Shown one piece after another: positions 37,723-52,019 of a stretch of 64,000 nucleotides of DNA. The notes under the pieces were generated by a model. That model had not been told where the DNA came from, searched no databases, and saw only the letters and a program-made list of their open reading frames with translations. The first letter of the stretch is position 1, and the number at the start of each line of letters is the position of its first letter. This stretch comes from the human T2T-CHM13v2.0 reference genome, Homo sapiens: NCBI RefSeq assembly GCF_009914755.1, contig NC_060942.1. The stretch is one strand, 5' to 3'. A program made the position numbers and the translations under genes.

Positions 37723-39661
37723 CTCCCATTTGGAATTTTTAATGCAATCACCCTGCTATCCATTTGAAGTGGTGTGAGTTGGAAGAATTATAGAATTCTT
37801 CACTGTGGGGTGGGTGTTCTAATTCCTGACTAAGCCTCAGGAGGCATATTTATTTTTCCTGGAGAAAGGATGACAGATTCTGTAATCATAGTATAATATT
37901 TCTGTGAGAGTTCCTAATTATTTAATGCCAGTTCTAGAGCAAAGACCACTTCTGGCTAGTGCTCTCAGTTGGGAATCAGGAATAGTTGCCCTAACCCTCA
38001 GGATCTCTAATATGAAAGGGCTCTCTAATGCTAGAAAGAATGATGTTAAAGCCTCAATTAATAATTTAAAATATCATCTTTTTGTAAAGACTTTCACAAA
38101 GGAAATGTTTTACCTTGAAAATTGTCTCCTATGACTGAATTGATTTTGCCAGTTTGTTATAGATTGTCCATCTACAATGACTATAACTCTCAAAATTCCT
38201 AATTGTGGGACTAGAATGTGTATAATTATAACTGGGGAAAATGTCCTCTGGTTTCTTTTCCTGCCACGTTCCTCCCCATTTTTAATCTTTCCTCATCATT
38301 GTCATTGTAATTATCATCATCATTCTCTCCATCAAACTACCATTTATTGATAAATTATTATGTGTCAGGCACTGTTTAATAGTATGTAAGAGTAGATGCC
38401 CATTGGTGGAAAATATCATACATTATTGACATGTACTATAAAAGCTTATCTGGAAATATTTTTAGGAATATGTTAAAATATTAACCTCAAAAATTATATT
38501 GATTGAGAATAAAGCAGAATTTTACTAGATACTCTATTATGCTTTTCTAGCTTTATAATTCTCACTGACTTGATATTATAATTTGGAGATTTAAAGATAG
38601 TAATCAATTGATAAATTCATAAACAATAAATAAATTACATATATAGTACCACCGTCTGACTCTCCATTAAGTGAATTGCATGAATTATATCAATTAAACT
38701 TTTAAACAAATCTATAAAGTTCCAAACAATTATTATCTCTGTTGTTCAAAGGCAGGTACATGATTCTTAGAGAATTTAAATAATTTTTTTTCTGGTTACC
38801 TAGCTAGTATGTGGCGAAGCTGGAATTGAAATTCATGTCTGTGGAAGAGAAATTTAGCAGATGTAGAATCCGGTTTATTTTAGTTAATTTTTAGTTATTG
38901 CTATAGAAATTAATTTGAGTCTGAATATTAATGGTCAATAATATTGGCCCCTCTGTTGAGGTCATTTGATTCTTTTTTAATGACTACACCAAGGTAGTAT
39001 ACTTTTCAGAGGAAGAGCAGAGAGGTAAAGTGCCATTCTTATCAGATCACATCAAAAGCATATATGATCAATATGATACACTATGTATTTATGAATATTT
39101 ATTTTATGCTTGTGTTATAATAATACTTTATTTTGTTGCTTATATTGTTTCAGCTTTGGTCTTTGCGAGCTCTTTCAGTTGGCTCCTGTGTTCCTTTCAC
39201 ATACCCTATCACTGTGGGCTTTGTTTGAGTCCTTTCTTATTTCTGCCATTATAAGAGGCTACACACTCATCTTTTATATTTTCTGCCCTGGTCTTGGAAT
39301 CAACAATTTCTTCAAAGAGCCTAGTTTCTTTTACTGGAGAATAGTGTTAGAAACAAAGATTTGTGCCCTAAGTATGCTAGTTGATACTGGGTATTGTTGC
39401 TTCTAGGTCTTCTCAGCTGAGAAAGCAAGGAGGTACATGTGTTTATAGTAACTCATGAATATATACATATCTATAGATATTTCTCAACTTAATCATTTGT
39501 GTCTATATTGTGTCCTAAATAGGAGTATATATTTAAGCCTTCAAATCTAATCCATTACTATATGAATAATTTTAGCCTCCTCTCTTCTTTATCTGTGACC
39601 CCTGACTCCAACAGCGAGAAATTAAACCATCCATTTATGTATTTTTTTCAATTTCAGTATA

Positions 39662-39992
39662 TAGTCATTCCTCAGTATTTGTGGAGATTCATTCCAGGAC
39701 CTCCCACAGATAGGAAAGTCTGCTGATGCTCAAGTCCCTGCTATAAAATGGCATAATATTTGCATATAACCTGTATACATCCTCCCATATATTTAACTCA
39801 TCTCTAGTTTACTTGTAATGCCTAATATAATGTAGATGCTATGCAAATAGTTTTTATACTGTATCATTTAGGGAATAATTATGAGAAAAAGTCTATACAT
39901 GTTCAATACAGGTATAGTCTTATTCAAATATTTTTGATCTGCAGTTAGTTCAACTTGTGAATGCAGAACCCACAGGTAAAAATGACCAACTG
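39662..39992 (+). mobile_element. MER2 (TcMar-Tigger) DNA transposon
   Basis: 'ttccaggacctccc...gatgctcaagtccctgctataaaatggcataatatttgcatataacc' matches MER2; degenerate TIRs with TA flanks. Confidence 0.85.
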
Positions 39993-40398
39993 TATTTGCA
40001 TTGTGGTTTTAGAACTGTTAAACCAGACCCTTCTTGAAAACAACTTTATCAAATAGAATATACTGCTTATATATAATTCCTTTTGCCTTTAGTCTTACAG
40101 ACTCATTTCCAAAGTTACTTAGGTCAGGACCTTTTTCCTTGACTGCCTTCAGTAAGGTTGTGAACTGAAGGGGGTCATGGAAAAAGGTGCTGACCTAAGT
40201 GAAAAGGTTGTGATTTTTAAAAACACATTTACATTGTCTTGTCACATTCTTTATTCCATTCCGGAATATCCCAACTTCCTAATACTAAAAAAGTATACAT
40301 TAAGGTTTATTCTTTGTGCTGTAAAGTTCTGTGGATTTTAATGAAAACTTAATATCCTATATTCAACATGAAAATATATTCTGCTGCATTGTCAACGC

Positions 40399-40668
40399 GG
40401 GCTGGGCATGATGGCTCATGCCTGTAATCCCAGCACTTTGGCAGGCTGAGGCAGATGGATCACCTGAGGTCAGGGGTTTGACACCATCCTGGCTAACATG
40501 GTGAAACCCTGTCTCTACTAAAAATACAAAAATTATCTGGGCGTGGTGGTGCATGCCTGTAATCTTAGCTACTCAGGAGGCTGAGGCATGATAATCACTT
40601 GAACCTGGGAGGCGGAGGTTGCAGTGAGCCGAGATCACTCCACTGCACTCCAGCCCAGGCAACAGAGA

Positions 40669-40670
<2 letters not shown>
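40399..40670 (+). mobile_element. AluS whose tail is replaced by (CT)n
   Basis: Dimer ending 'aacagagaga' directly followed by (CT)22. Confidence 0.92.

Positions 40671-40714
<44 letters not shown>
40671..40714. repeat. (CT)22 microsatellite
   Basis: Seen directly. Confidence 0.95.
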
Positions 40715-40717
<3 letters not shown>

Positions 40718-41030
40718 TCTCCATATATTTATATATATACAATTTCATCCCTCCAAACACCTGGAAACCTCTAATCTTTGTTTATATCTACAGTTTGGCA
40801 TTGACTAGAACATCATACAATTGTAGTCATATAGTATGTAACTTTCTCATGGCTCGATGGCTTATTTTTAAAATTTCTGGAGAATAATCCACTGCATGGA
40901 TATAATATCATGGGTTTATTTTTCTACCTATTTAAGGTCATCCTGGTTGACTGCAGGTTTATGAATAGGCTGCTATAAACATTCTCATGCAGACTTTTAT
41001 GTGGATATTAGTTTTAAAATCATTTGGATA

Positions 41031-41323
<293 letters not shown>

Positions 41324-41929
41324 TCATCTGGATAAATGCCAAGCTGAGCAATTGCTGGTTTCTTTGGTAAAACTATGTTTAGTTTTGTAAGTCTTTCAGA
41401 GTGCTGTGCCAGTGTGCATTCACATCAGCAATATCTCGGAGTACCTGTCTCTTTGCATCCTTGCCAGCAATTTGGTATTGTCAGTTTTTTTGGATTTTAT
41501 CCATTCTAATAGGTATGTAGTTTTATCTCATTGATGTTTTAACTTGAAATTTCCTACTGGCAAATGATGTTGAGCCCCTTATTAGATGCTATATATCTTC
41601 TTTGGTGAAGTGTCTGTTCAGAGATGCCAATTTTTAAAAACAGATTATTTTCTTATTGTTGAGTTGTACCTTTTAAAGCAATAGTTTTAGCTTTTAAGGT
41701 TGAATTCATTTCAGGCTTACATAAAATATCAAAATGACAGCTCAATTACCCTGATTTGATTATTATTGTATGCCTGTATCAAAGCATCGCACGCACCCCA
41801 TAAATATATATACACTTGTTTTGCACCCATGATTTTAGAAAACCCAAAAAAGCATAAAGATTTGTGATGTAAATTTTATCCAGATGCACAAAACAGTAAC
41901 ATATTACAAAACATTATTTGATAAAATGC

Positions 41930-42720
41930 TATTAACCGAGCTATAGAACTTATTCAAATTTTGTCCACTGTCAGTAATGATCTTTTTCTGGTCCAGGATC
42001 AAAACTAGGGTTGTATGTTGCATTTAGTTTTTACGGCTTCTTGGTGTTCTTTAACCTGGAACAATTCCTCACCCTTTCTCTTTTAAGTCCTTGGGAGTTT
42101 TGAAGAGTGCTGGCCCAGTTATTTGATAGAATGCTCATGATTTTTGTTTGTTTGATGTTTTCCTATGATTAAATTCATATCATACATTTTTGACAAGAAT
42201 ATCACAAAGCGATGATATATCCCTTTCGATGCATTATGTCAGGAGACATATGACATTGATTTGTCCAATTAATAGTGGTACTAACTTTGATCACTTGGTT
42301 AAGTTGTTATCTGCCTAGTCTACTCTAAATTTACCTTCTCTCTTTGTAATTATTAAGTGTCTCTTATATGGAGATTCTTTGGGATCATGTAACTATCCTA
42401 TTTCTCATCAGATTAGCTTACTAACTGACTTCAGTATTACTGATTATTCTTGTCTGAAACAACCATTACTGTAACTGTTGCCAAATGGTGAATTTTCAAT
42501 TTTTATCATTCCTTTTATATTTTCTAATTAGATTTTTCTTACACAACAGACCTGTCTTTTCTCCTCCATTTGTTGATTACTTATTATTTATTTACATTAA
42601 TATGCTCTCCTGGATTCTTTTCTATACTACAGGATATTATTCATTACTATTATTGTTTTGCCCAAATTGACACAGATTGAAAGTTCTTCAAGTAAGCTGC
42701 TTTGCCCTTTTTGCATACCC
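41930..42720 (-). mobile_element. Old L1ME/MC 3'UTR fragment
   Basis: 'gtccaggatc...gttgcatttagtt', 'ctaactttgatcacttggttaag', 'ttgccaaatggtgaattttc'. Confidence 0.6.
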
Positions 42721-42857
42721 TAAGGTTGCCATAGTTTGGCTAATAGCAATCAGTTAGACAATACATTCTAATATAAAAGGAAACATAGACAAAATAAGTA
42801 ACCTTTATATAATTTAAATTTTATGTATTCATGTGATTACATGTCATGGTGCATATG

Positions 42858-43226
42858 TAGTAGTCTCTCCCAGGGACTTAAAACAGGGTATATATCAAGA
42901 ACCCCAGTGAATTCCTGAAATTGTAGATAGCACAAACTCAAGCACTGTAATATCACAACCAAGATGGCTACTAAGTGATGAAGGGGAGGGTAGTGTACAC
43001 AGTGTGAGTATACTGGACAAAGGGATGATTCCCTTCCTGAGTGGGACGGAGCAGGACCAGAGGACAAAGGCACAACATTTCATCACACTACTCAGAATGG
43101 CATGCAATTTAAAACTTAGGAATTGTTTATTTCTGGAATTTTCCATGTAATATTTTTGGATTGCAGTTGACCACAGGTAACTGAAACCATTGAAAGTGAA
43201 ACTGTGGATTAAGGGACGGGACTACT
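42858..43226 (+). mobile_element. MER44-type (TcMar-Tigger) DNA transposon
   Basis: TIR-like ends 'tagtagtctc'/'gggactactc'; 'aagatggctactaagtga...ctggacaaagggatgatt...gttgaccacaggtaactgaaacc'. Confidence 0.8.
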
Positions 43227-45049
43227 CTAAACACTTACTAATTAATGTTGTTGTTTAAAAAGACCTTGACATCAAATAAAGTATTTTGAGAGTCAATGAT
43301 GCCTGACTTTCTAGAATTTCTTTAATTGCACAGCCTCCACAGTGTAATATTTTCCTCCAGAAATAAACAAACAAAAAAAACCCATATTCTTCAGGAAGTA
43401 GTGAAACTGCACAAAGTTTCTGTTCAAGATTAGGCCAATTAATTTACTTATTCAACACATAGTAATTGAGAACACAAAGTCTGAGTGTTTTATCCTGAAT
43501 AATGACACATGACTGATAGTACCATTTAGCTTTTCATCCTACACATGGTAGGGGTAGCCATCACCTCTGCAGCAAAAAAATGAACTCCACTTCTGCTTTA
43601 GAACATTCTCTTTATATAATCTATCCTTCTTGTCTTTGGCCAATACCTACAGTGGTTTATAGACATCATCATCAAAAATCAGTTCTCTCTTCTGTTGCTG
43701 ACTTTACAAGTAATATCGAGCATAGAATATTATGGCACAATACAACAAAAGTGTATCTCATTAAACAGGATTTTGTAGATTATTTTAATATTGGATATAA
43801 AAGTTTTGTACTTCCCAACAATCTTTATGCAATAATAAAGTCCAAAGAAAAACTCAATGAGGAAATAAAAAGATAGGCACCAGTTCTCAGATGTCAAACT
43901 TAGGAAGCAGTGAACCAATAGATCATAAGATCCTGCTCCTGAAACGGTAAACTTGAGAGATGAGAGCCACTGAGAATCAGGCCCTGGTTTCAGATGATCA
44001 AGAGAAATATAAACACCATAAAAACAATTATTCACCATTAAGGTGTATATCTTGATTGCTTAGATAATGCTTGATCCTTACCTCCTTCAAACAAGCAACT
44101 GAGGTGGGGGCTGAGCACTGGCTAAATCAAGCCATGGGTAGCAGTGGCCACCCCACCACATGCATTCAGCATTTGTTATAGCCATATAGAGAATAAAGTA
44201 TTGGACCATGAAATTTTTTAGTGTTGGTGAATGAATGGAGACACATGTTTATTATAACTCTTTTCATTTTTATCTTACAGTTTTATTATAGGCTTTTTTT
44301 GTTGTTCTTTAAACAGCCTAAATGTTAACAATGTTTACATAATTTGATTACTATTTAGTTTAGGGTGAAAGGTTTGTGTTTTCAATTGTGGTAATAACTT
44401 ACTAGTTTGGCCCCAACTGAAACAACTATCTGCAATGAAATTCCATATCTCTTGAGACAGTAGTGCTAATATGCAAAACCTTATACTGAGAAGGGGAATG
44501 TCCCAGAGCTGGTCATAAGCAGAATATTCTTTTAAACTTCATGTACTTTTTCTTTGCACTCTTCCTAGTTGGGACCTAAAATTCTTGCCCTTATTTTAAA
44601 CATATTTGTCCTAGGTATTTTTTTTTAACTTTCTCTTATACTAGAGACTTAGAGCATTCAGATAACACAGTCACGTGAGCACCATGTGGTAACATCCTAT
44701 GTGTCCTCTAGTGTTCCTTTCCTGATCATATGGGAACTGAACCCCAAGAAAGCTTATCTTTCATCCCTGATCTTGTGTTTTTCTCTATAGGATTTTCCAA
44801 TAAACCTTAAAAAATATCATTACAAATAAAGGTTTCTAATGTCAATGCTGTTTTTTGACAATAGACCAGAATATGAATATTTGTTTATTGATGCATAAAT
44901 TAATTATGTATAATTCATATTTGTTACAAGGTTTCAACATGTCAAAGGTAGACTATACTACCTCAGGCTTAAGAAATTATGGCAGGGGAAGCTCCTCAGT
45001 CTCTATAATTGCCGAGTACTTTTTATGCATTATCTTGTTAATATAAAGA

Positions 45050-45640
45050 ATATTCATTCAACATACTGACTTTTGGCCTGGCTCTATGCATTAGGTGCTG
45101 GGGTGAAGCCAGATAAAAAGGAACATGTCCATTGCCCTTGTGAGACTTAAGATGTGGCAGGATAAATGTCCATTTGTTAAGTAAACATCAAAATATATAG
45201 GCAATTGTGAATTGTGTAAAATGCCCCGGAAGTGTCAAGTTTGAGTGAAGACTTCCCACAGGTAGGAACAGTCAACTTAAGAACTGAAGAAAGTTCAGGA
45301 CATAAATGAGCTATCAATGGGAAAGTTTCCCATCTGCCCCAGAGTAGGAAGAAATATGGCTAAGTTTGAGAAATTCAAGGATGGTTCACGTGGTTGCAGC
45401 ATACAGTCAGGAGGAAAGTTAAGGCTGACCTGTGAGCTAAGGCTTTATAAGAGCATGTGGTAGGTCATGTTACAGCTGTTGGTCTTTGTCCAAGAGCAAT
45501 AAAGATAAATTGCAGAATTTAAAGTTAGAGGGAGGTGATATGTGATCCTATTCACATTCTAAAAAGAGCCCTCTAGCTACAGTGTAGAAAAGAGTATGCA
45601 GGGGTAGTAGAGGGGATGCAACCTGCTAAAATTCAGAGAT
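45050..45640 (-). mobile_element. L2 fragment
   Basis: 'tattcattcaacatactgac...ctctatgcattaggtgctgggg' and 'cattctaaaaagagccctctagctacagtgtagaa'. Confidence 0.65.
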
Positions 45641-45888
45641 GAGAAGCAAGGCAGCAATGAAGGTACAGGAAGCAGGGACTGGTCTATCTGGAGTGAAAGC
45701 CTGTGCTCATAAACAGTACACCTCAGAAATCCTGGCTTCTATTCTGAAGATTGTGTGCATTTAGTGCTTAATTAAAGGGCAGTTGGAATTTCTGGTACTC
45801 CTTTTAAAAAGCAACAACTAAGAAATAAAAGTGGAGTATTCCATATTTTTCAGACTATTTACTGAATTTTTCTGGTCCACCTTGACTG

Positions 45889-46939
45889 TGAAACTGCCTT
45901 TGCAAAAATTGTAACAGTGAGAGAAATTTAACCTGATTCCATCTTACTTCTAACCTCACAAACTACCTACCTTTGTTAACTTCAAAATAAAATAATAACA
46001 GTCTCTTCCCAAAACTAACCCCTCCTTGCTCAGGGACCAAAACCACCTTTGTAAAACTAATGAAACCCCACAAGATTAATATTATGAGAGGGTTCTAAAT
46101 TCTGCTAAGGTGTAGATGTAGTTAAACAGTAACCAACCATTGTTCCCCAGCTTGCCTTTCTTTTTTTTTTTGAGACAGAGTCTCGCTCTGTTGCCCAGGC
46201 TGGAGTGCAGTGGCACGATCTCTGCTCACTGCAAGCTCCGCCCCTGTGTTCATGCCATTCTCCTGCCTCAGCCTCCCGAGTAGCTGGGACTACAGGCGCC
46301 CACCACCATGCCTGGCTAATTTTTTTTGTATTTTTAGTAGAGACGGGGTTCCACAGTGACGGTCTCAATCTCCTGACCTCATGATCTGCCCGCCTTGGCC
46401 TCCCAAAGTGCTGGGATTACAGGCGTGAGCCACCATGCCCAGCCCCCAGCTTGTCTTTCTATAATCATTTACTGCTCCAGAGGTCACAAGATTTGTAACT
46501 ACCCCAAATCTCCCTAAATTACATCCCTATTGTCAAAACTTAAGATTGGTCTTTGAGCTATTTTTCAGACTTTTGCATTCTCGTGACCAAGTGACTCCAC
46601 TCAGACCCCTGACTAATACCAAGGACCGAATTCAACTGGTCCTGCTCCTGTGAACCCTATCCAGAACTGACACAGTACAAGAAGACAGCTTTAACACCTG
46701 TGATTTTATCCCCAACCCAACCAATCAGCATTCCCAATTCCCTAGCCCCATGCCCCCCAAATTATTATTGAAAAAGCCTACCCTTCCCATTTTCAGGGAG
46801 GCTGATTTGAGTACTTACTTCTCTCCTTCTGCCTGGCTAGTACTGCAATTAATAAACTTTTTCTCTACTGCAATACTGTTGTCTCAGTGAATTGGTTTTA
46901 TCTGTGCAGCAGGCCAGACAAACCCACCAGGCAATTACA
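45889..46939 (+). mobile_element. LTR8-family (ERV1) solo LTR interrupted by AluY
   Basis: Starts 'tgaaactgcctttgcaaaaattgtaacagtgag'; ends 'caggcaattaca'; poly(A) signal 'aataaactttt'. Confidence 0.8.
46161..46444 (-). mobile_element. AluY with small internal deletion
   Basis: 'gcaagctccgcc...catgccattctcc'; TSD 'cccagcttgccttt'/'cccagcttgtcttt'. Confidence 0.93.
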
Positions 46940-47213
46940 ACTATATATTGCAATCAGCTGGAGAGTTTTCCAGTTTTCTGACCCTGGGCTCTACACCCTA
47001 GAAGTCAATGGGTTTGTGATACAGAGAAGATATTCCTGTTGTATAAAGTGCCCAGCAGATTCCATTGTACAGTCACAGTTGACAACCACTGTTCTAGTCC
47101 CTTAAATTTCTTCTATGTAACTCAGCACATGGGCCAATCCTTAAATTATATCTTAAGATGAATGTGAAATTTTCCTAAAGATGAAACTTCTATATTAAAA
47201 AATATTTGGTGTC

Positions 47214-47504
47214 AGCTGGGCATGGTGGTGCATGCCTGTAATCCCATCACTTTGGGAGGACAGTGCAGGTGGATTACTTGAGGCCAGGAGTTTGAGACCA
47301 GCCTGGCAAACATGGCAAAACCCCATCTCTACCAAAATTACAAAAATTAGCCAGGTGTGGTGGCACACGCCTGTAATCCCAGCTACTCAGGAGGCTGAGA
47401 CATGAGAATCACTTGAACTCAGGAGGGTGAGGTTGCAGTGAGCCGAGATCGCATCACTAGACTCCAGCCTGGGTGATAGAGTGAGACTCTGACTTACAAA
47501 AAAA
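47214..47504 (+). mobile_element. Alu (S/Jb type), full length
   Basis: Dimer with short A tail followed by a TA-rich palindrome. Confidence 0.92.
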
Positions 47505-48614
47505 TACATATATATATGTTGTGTGTATATATATATATACACACAACATATATATATAGTCTTTCAAACTATGTAGATTTCTGTATGAAAAAATATAGGG
47601 AGATTAGCACACACAGAAATGTGGGAAGATGACTTAATCTAAATATACCCTGGTTTATTTGACATCTCCTTTAGTGGTCATGAAAATATTCTCTTACAGC
47701 ACTATGAGACACAATAAAGAAATGAGGTGTCTGTGCTTGGCATGAGAGTTGTTCCAGTTATTTTCCCTTTTCCTAAATCAGATTTCTCAGGAGAGCTCCT
47801 CTTGAAGCAATCAACACAAGTATTCACAGCCCGTCTCTTTCGGAGAAATAATTATGTATCATTGTAAGTTCTGTAGCCATCTTTCCTTCATTTTGGTGCT
47901 CTAAACTCTGGTGCAAAATGTCCTTTTCTCAGTGAGATGGAAAAGAACATGCTATCCAGTTTCCTTTCTGCTGCAGGGCTAGTAATGAGAAAATATTATG
48001 TCTATCTTTGGCAAGTACATACGCTAGGAGAAATCTAAAGAGTTATTTCAACTAGCATCTCATTACGAATGAGAACCTTTATCATTTAAACTTATTGAAA
48101 ATATTTGTTTTTTTTGTTGTTGTTGTTTGAAAGTTCAAGTTTTTTGTGTGTGATCTTTGGTTCAAAGAATAATCCTTTGGACTTTAGCAACCATCAGTTT
48201 CTTCTTTAGATAAAATATATTTTATGTTTGATCTGATGAACAGAGATAGTTGCTATCATTCTTTACATGGAGAAAAATAAAATTTTTTTTGAAGGCCATA
48301 GCTATTTCAGGGACCTAGTTTCTTAAATTGTTTTTCACCACCTAGTTTCTTTAAAAGGTTACTTTTACCAAGGTTTATTAGAATTTATACAATATTTTGT
48401 TGCAAATCATTTTATGATATCAAAATTCAGTGGGAAAATAATTGTATTTATTGTTTCAGACCAAGAGGGTCATATTTGTCTCTCTGAAATCTTATGAATC
48501 AGGAGATACTTAGCTAGTTATCCCTGTCACATTTATTCTCTTGTGTATCCTGTATATATATTCTTTTTCACTTGGCTCTTTCTACTAATGCAAACTCTCC
48601 TTTCCTACACCAGG

Positions 48615-49025
48615 ATGAGAAGTTTTATGTATCAACTTGGTGAGACTACAGTCGTGAGCTAATCAGTGAAACAGTGAACTAGGTGTTTCCATGAAGGTAC
48701 TTGGTAGATGCAATTAAAGTCCCAAATCAGTTGACTTTGGCTAAGGGAGATGACCCTAAATAGTTGGAATGTGCCTGATTTAGTCAGTTGAAAGGGATTT
48801 AGGGTCGAACTGAGGATTAACTGAGGAAAAAGAAATTGTGCCTTTGGATGGAAGCTCTACCCTCATGCCCAAGAGTTCCATCCAGCCCTTCCTGATGGTC
48901 TGCTCTGTATTTTTTGGACTTGCCTTCCCAGCTACCACAGCCTTATAAGCCAATTCCTTAAAGTATATATCCTAGCACACATCTCCTTCTGGCTGTCTTC
49001 TCTGGTGAAGCTTGCCTGATCATAA
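48615..49025 (+). mobile_element. MLT2 (ERVL) LTR, MLT2D-like
   Basis: 'ttttatgtatcaacttgg...ctaggtgtttccatgaaggta...aatcagttgacttt...agccaattccttaaa'. Confidence 0.7.
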
Positions 49026-49081
49026 ATGCCTTCTAATTTTTTAGGTCCTCAGTGTGCTCCTCTCTTGAAGCCTGCTCTGGA

Positions 49082-49478
49082 GCAGTGCTTCCCAAACAGT
49101 AATTTACAGAGAAGCATCTGAGGATCTTGAAAAATACAGATTCTGTTTAGGCTGGGGTTTGGCCTGAATATCTGCATTGCCAATAGTCTCCTAGTTTGTA
49201 GACTGGTAGCCTTTGCTTGCAAAATGCCTGGTAGTAAATCTTTTAGGCTTTGTGGACCACATGGTTTCTGATACCACTGTTCTCCTCTGCTATTGCAGTG
49301 CAGAAACAGCCATAGACAATATGAAAACATATTAGTTATAATCATTTATGGATGTGGTTTGTTTCAGTATAACTTTACTTACAAATAGGTGACAGTCCAT
49401 GGTGGCTGAAGGTTGCCGACACCTGTCCTAAATTCTGCCAATGTCACTGGTTCAGAGACTGCATTGTGAGCAGCAAGA
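49082..49478. mobile_element. MER5-type hAT element with nested MER58-type element (~49192-49426)
   Basis: 'cagtgcttcccaaac...atctgcattgccaatag' resumes after 'gtaaatcttttaggctttgtggaccac...gcagaaacagccatagacaata...ttgccgacacctg'. Confidence 0.7.
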
Positions 49479-49539
49479 TTATAGAGCAGAAGTTCAGAGT
49501 AGCAATGTATACAATTTGATGAAGTCTCTGAGTTATAGT

Positions 49540-49743
49540 CCAGTGGTGTGGTGGAGCCTTGTTATACCAGCCTATGTGAGTCCCTTGTAAAATATTCAGA
49601 AATGTTGTTGAGCCAGTTATTAAGCTGCTGTTACATTGAAATTGGCTCTGATGGAAATATTTACACCATGGAAATGGCCAATGCTACAAATCAGGAATTT
49701 CAATTTTCTCCCCCAGCGTGGGGTTGCAGCAGCATACCACTGG
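49540..49743. mobile_element. MER63A-like hAT-Blackjack element
   Basis: TIRs 'ccagtggtgtggtg'/'cagcataccactgg'; internal 'atatttacaccatggaaatggccaatgctacaaatcagg'. Confidence 0.75.
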
Positions 49744-50375
49744 AGTTAACTCTGTCAGGGTTATTTACAAGGTAAAAGTTACCCTGGCTTAAAAAATTAT
49801 GGAAATATATGCATGTAAAGTGTAAAATAAGTTATTTTAGCTGATATCCGTAAACATATTTTTGACTTTTGAAATTTGACTTTTGGATAGTGTCTTTGTC
49901 AAATACAAGAGATGAGGTTCATCTGATTCCTTTACCTGGCTGTGGAAAATTAAAAGCTGATTCAAGAATATAGATTGATTTTTTGGCAATTATTTTTCTT
50001 TAAGTGTGACAAAGCTTCAGCCAATTTTAAGCACAGATGGTTGGCTAAGGAAGTGAAGGTTGTCCTGCTCATGTCTCTCACACACCATCATTCTTTTTGT
50101 GTGTACCAGCTATGCTCAGTGTGAGGCTGCACAATACCAAAATCACATAACGTTGAAAATTATAGGATTCATTTTCAGTGTCAGTTGACAATATCTGTTT
50201 TCTTGCTGGGATTTGAAAGAGGTGTTTTTTTTTTTTGTTGTTGTTAGATATTCATGTCATCCCTGATGGAAGTATAAACTAAATTTGTAAGCATGTAATA
50301 TTAAAAGTATCCTTGTGAAGTATCTGCTTATCTTTTCATTTTATAAATAAGTCCCTGGGCCCGAGGTGAAATTAA

Positions 50376-50709
50376 TGCTATAGACTGAATGTTTATATCT
50401 CATCAATATTCAAATCTTGAATTCCTATCTCCCAGGGTGACGGAATTAAGAGGTGGGAATTTGGGGAGGTGATTAGGTCATGAAGGTGGAGCCCTAGTGA
50501 ATGGGATAAGTGCCCTTACAAGGAACAGAAGAATCTGGAGTTCCCCTTTCCACCACAGGAGGACACATCAAGAAGATGACTCTCCTTAGACACAGAATCT
50601 GCTGGTGTCTTGATCTTGGACTTCCCAGCCTCCAGAACAGTGAGAAATAAATTTGTGCTGTTTTAGAGCCACCTAGCCTATGTTACAGCAATGCAAATGG
50701 ACTAAGGCA
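50376..50709 (+). mobile_element. MLT1A-type solo LTR
   Basis: 'tgctatagactgaatgttt...ggtggagccctagtgaatgggataagtgccctt...cttgatcttggacttcccagcctccagaac...ggactaaggca'. Confidence 0.85.
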
Positions 50710-51421
50710 ATGAGTAATTAAAACCAGTTAACAGCAGGACTGGGCATAGAACTCAGACCTGCTGACTTCCTAGATGGTGCATATTCCGTTATCTACTAAC
50801 ATTGTTCAAAGTTTTTTAGTTACTTCTATGCACAAGGCTGTGTGCTAGACTCTGAGCATATAAAGTTGAGTGAAAGGTATCTCCTATTCTTTTAAGCAGA
50901 TTACAGTCTCCTTTTGTTAAGTAATTCCAGTGCACTACAAGTTTTAGTGTAGTGGAAAAAAGGATCTGCAGGGGTGTGGAAGTTGCAATAAAGAACTCTA
51001 CAAAAACAAGTTGAAAAAAACTTCTAAATGAAGAAACACTAGTTCTGTTTCTTAAAATGTGTGTTTATTGAAGAGCTAAATGAATACAGGCATGAGGAGT
51101 AACTGAGTGAGATAAAATGCTTAGCTTGATGTCTTACAATAATGGCATTTATACAGGTCAGTTCCCCTTGCCTTACTATGCATGCTATTATCTCCACTAA
51201 AGGAAGGGGTTTCTGCAGAGATGTTTGTTTAGGGTGATAAGAAAGGCAGTCCTCAAGGTCTGTACATTCCCAATAAAAACAACACACTTCCAGAGACAAC
51301 TGATTCAGCTTGAGGAGGTGTATTCATTAAATAACCTCTTAAGAAGTCCAAATCCTGCACCCTAGTCTGTGAAAAAGAAAGGAAGTCTGGATTATAATCT
51401 TTATAAAGCTTTGATGGCACT

Positions 51422-51951
51422 TCTGATGATTAATATTGAGTGTCAACTTGATTGGATTGAAGGATGCAAAGTATTGCTCCTGGGTGTGTCTGTAAGGGTG
51501 TTGCCAAAGGAGATTAACATGTGAATCAGTGGACTGGGAGAGGTGGACCCACTCACAGTCTGGGTGGGCACCATGTAATCAGCTGACAGCATGGCTAGAA
51601 TAAAGCAGGCAGAAGAAAGTGGAATGAGTAGACTCGCTGAGTCTTCCAGTCTTCATCTTTCTCCCGTGCTGGATGTTTCTTGCCCTCGAATATCAAACTC
51701 CAAGTTCTTCAGCTTTTGGACACTTGGACTTTGGCTCTCAGGCCTTTGGCCACAGACTGACGGCTGCACTGTCAGCTTCTCTACTTTTGAGGTTTTGGGA
51801 CTCGGATTGGCTTCCTGGCTCCTCACCTTGCAGACGGGCCTCTTGTGGGACTTCACGTTGGGATCGTGTGAGTCAATTCTCCTAATAAACTCCCCTTCAT
51901 ATATACATCTATCCATTAGTTCTGTCCCTTTAGAGAACCCTGATGAATACA
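51422..51951 (+). mobile_element. MLT2A (HERV-L) solo LTR
   Basis: 'taatattgagtgtcaacttgattggattgaaggatgcaaagtatt' matches MLT2A 5' end; ends 'gaaccctgatgaataca'; perfect TSD 'gcact'. Confidence 0.92.
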
Positions 51952-52019
51952 GCACTCAACTCTTGGTTGTTAATTTGTGAATCTTCCTTCAGTGGAACCC
52001 CGATTTACATTCAGAAGTA

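Noticed and set aside
44670-44679. GTCACGTGAG E-box/CLEAR-like motif
   Set aside because: Single short motif with no promoter or CpG-island context.
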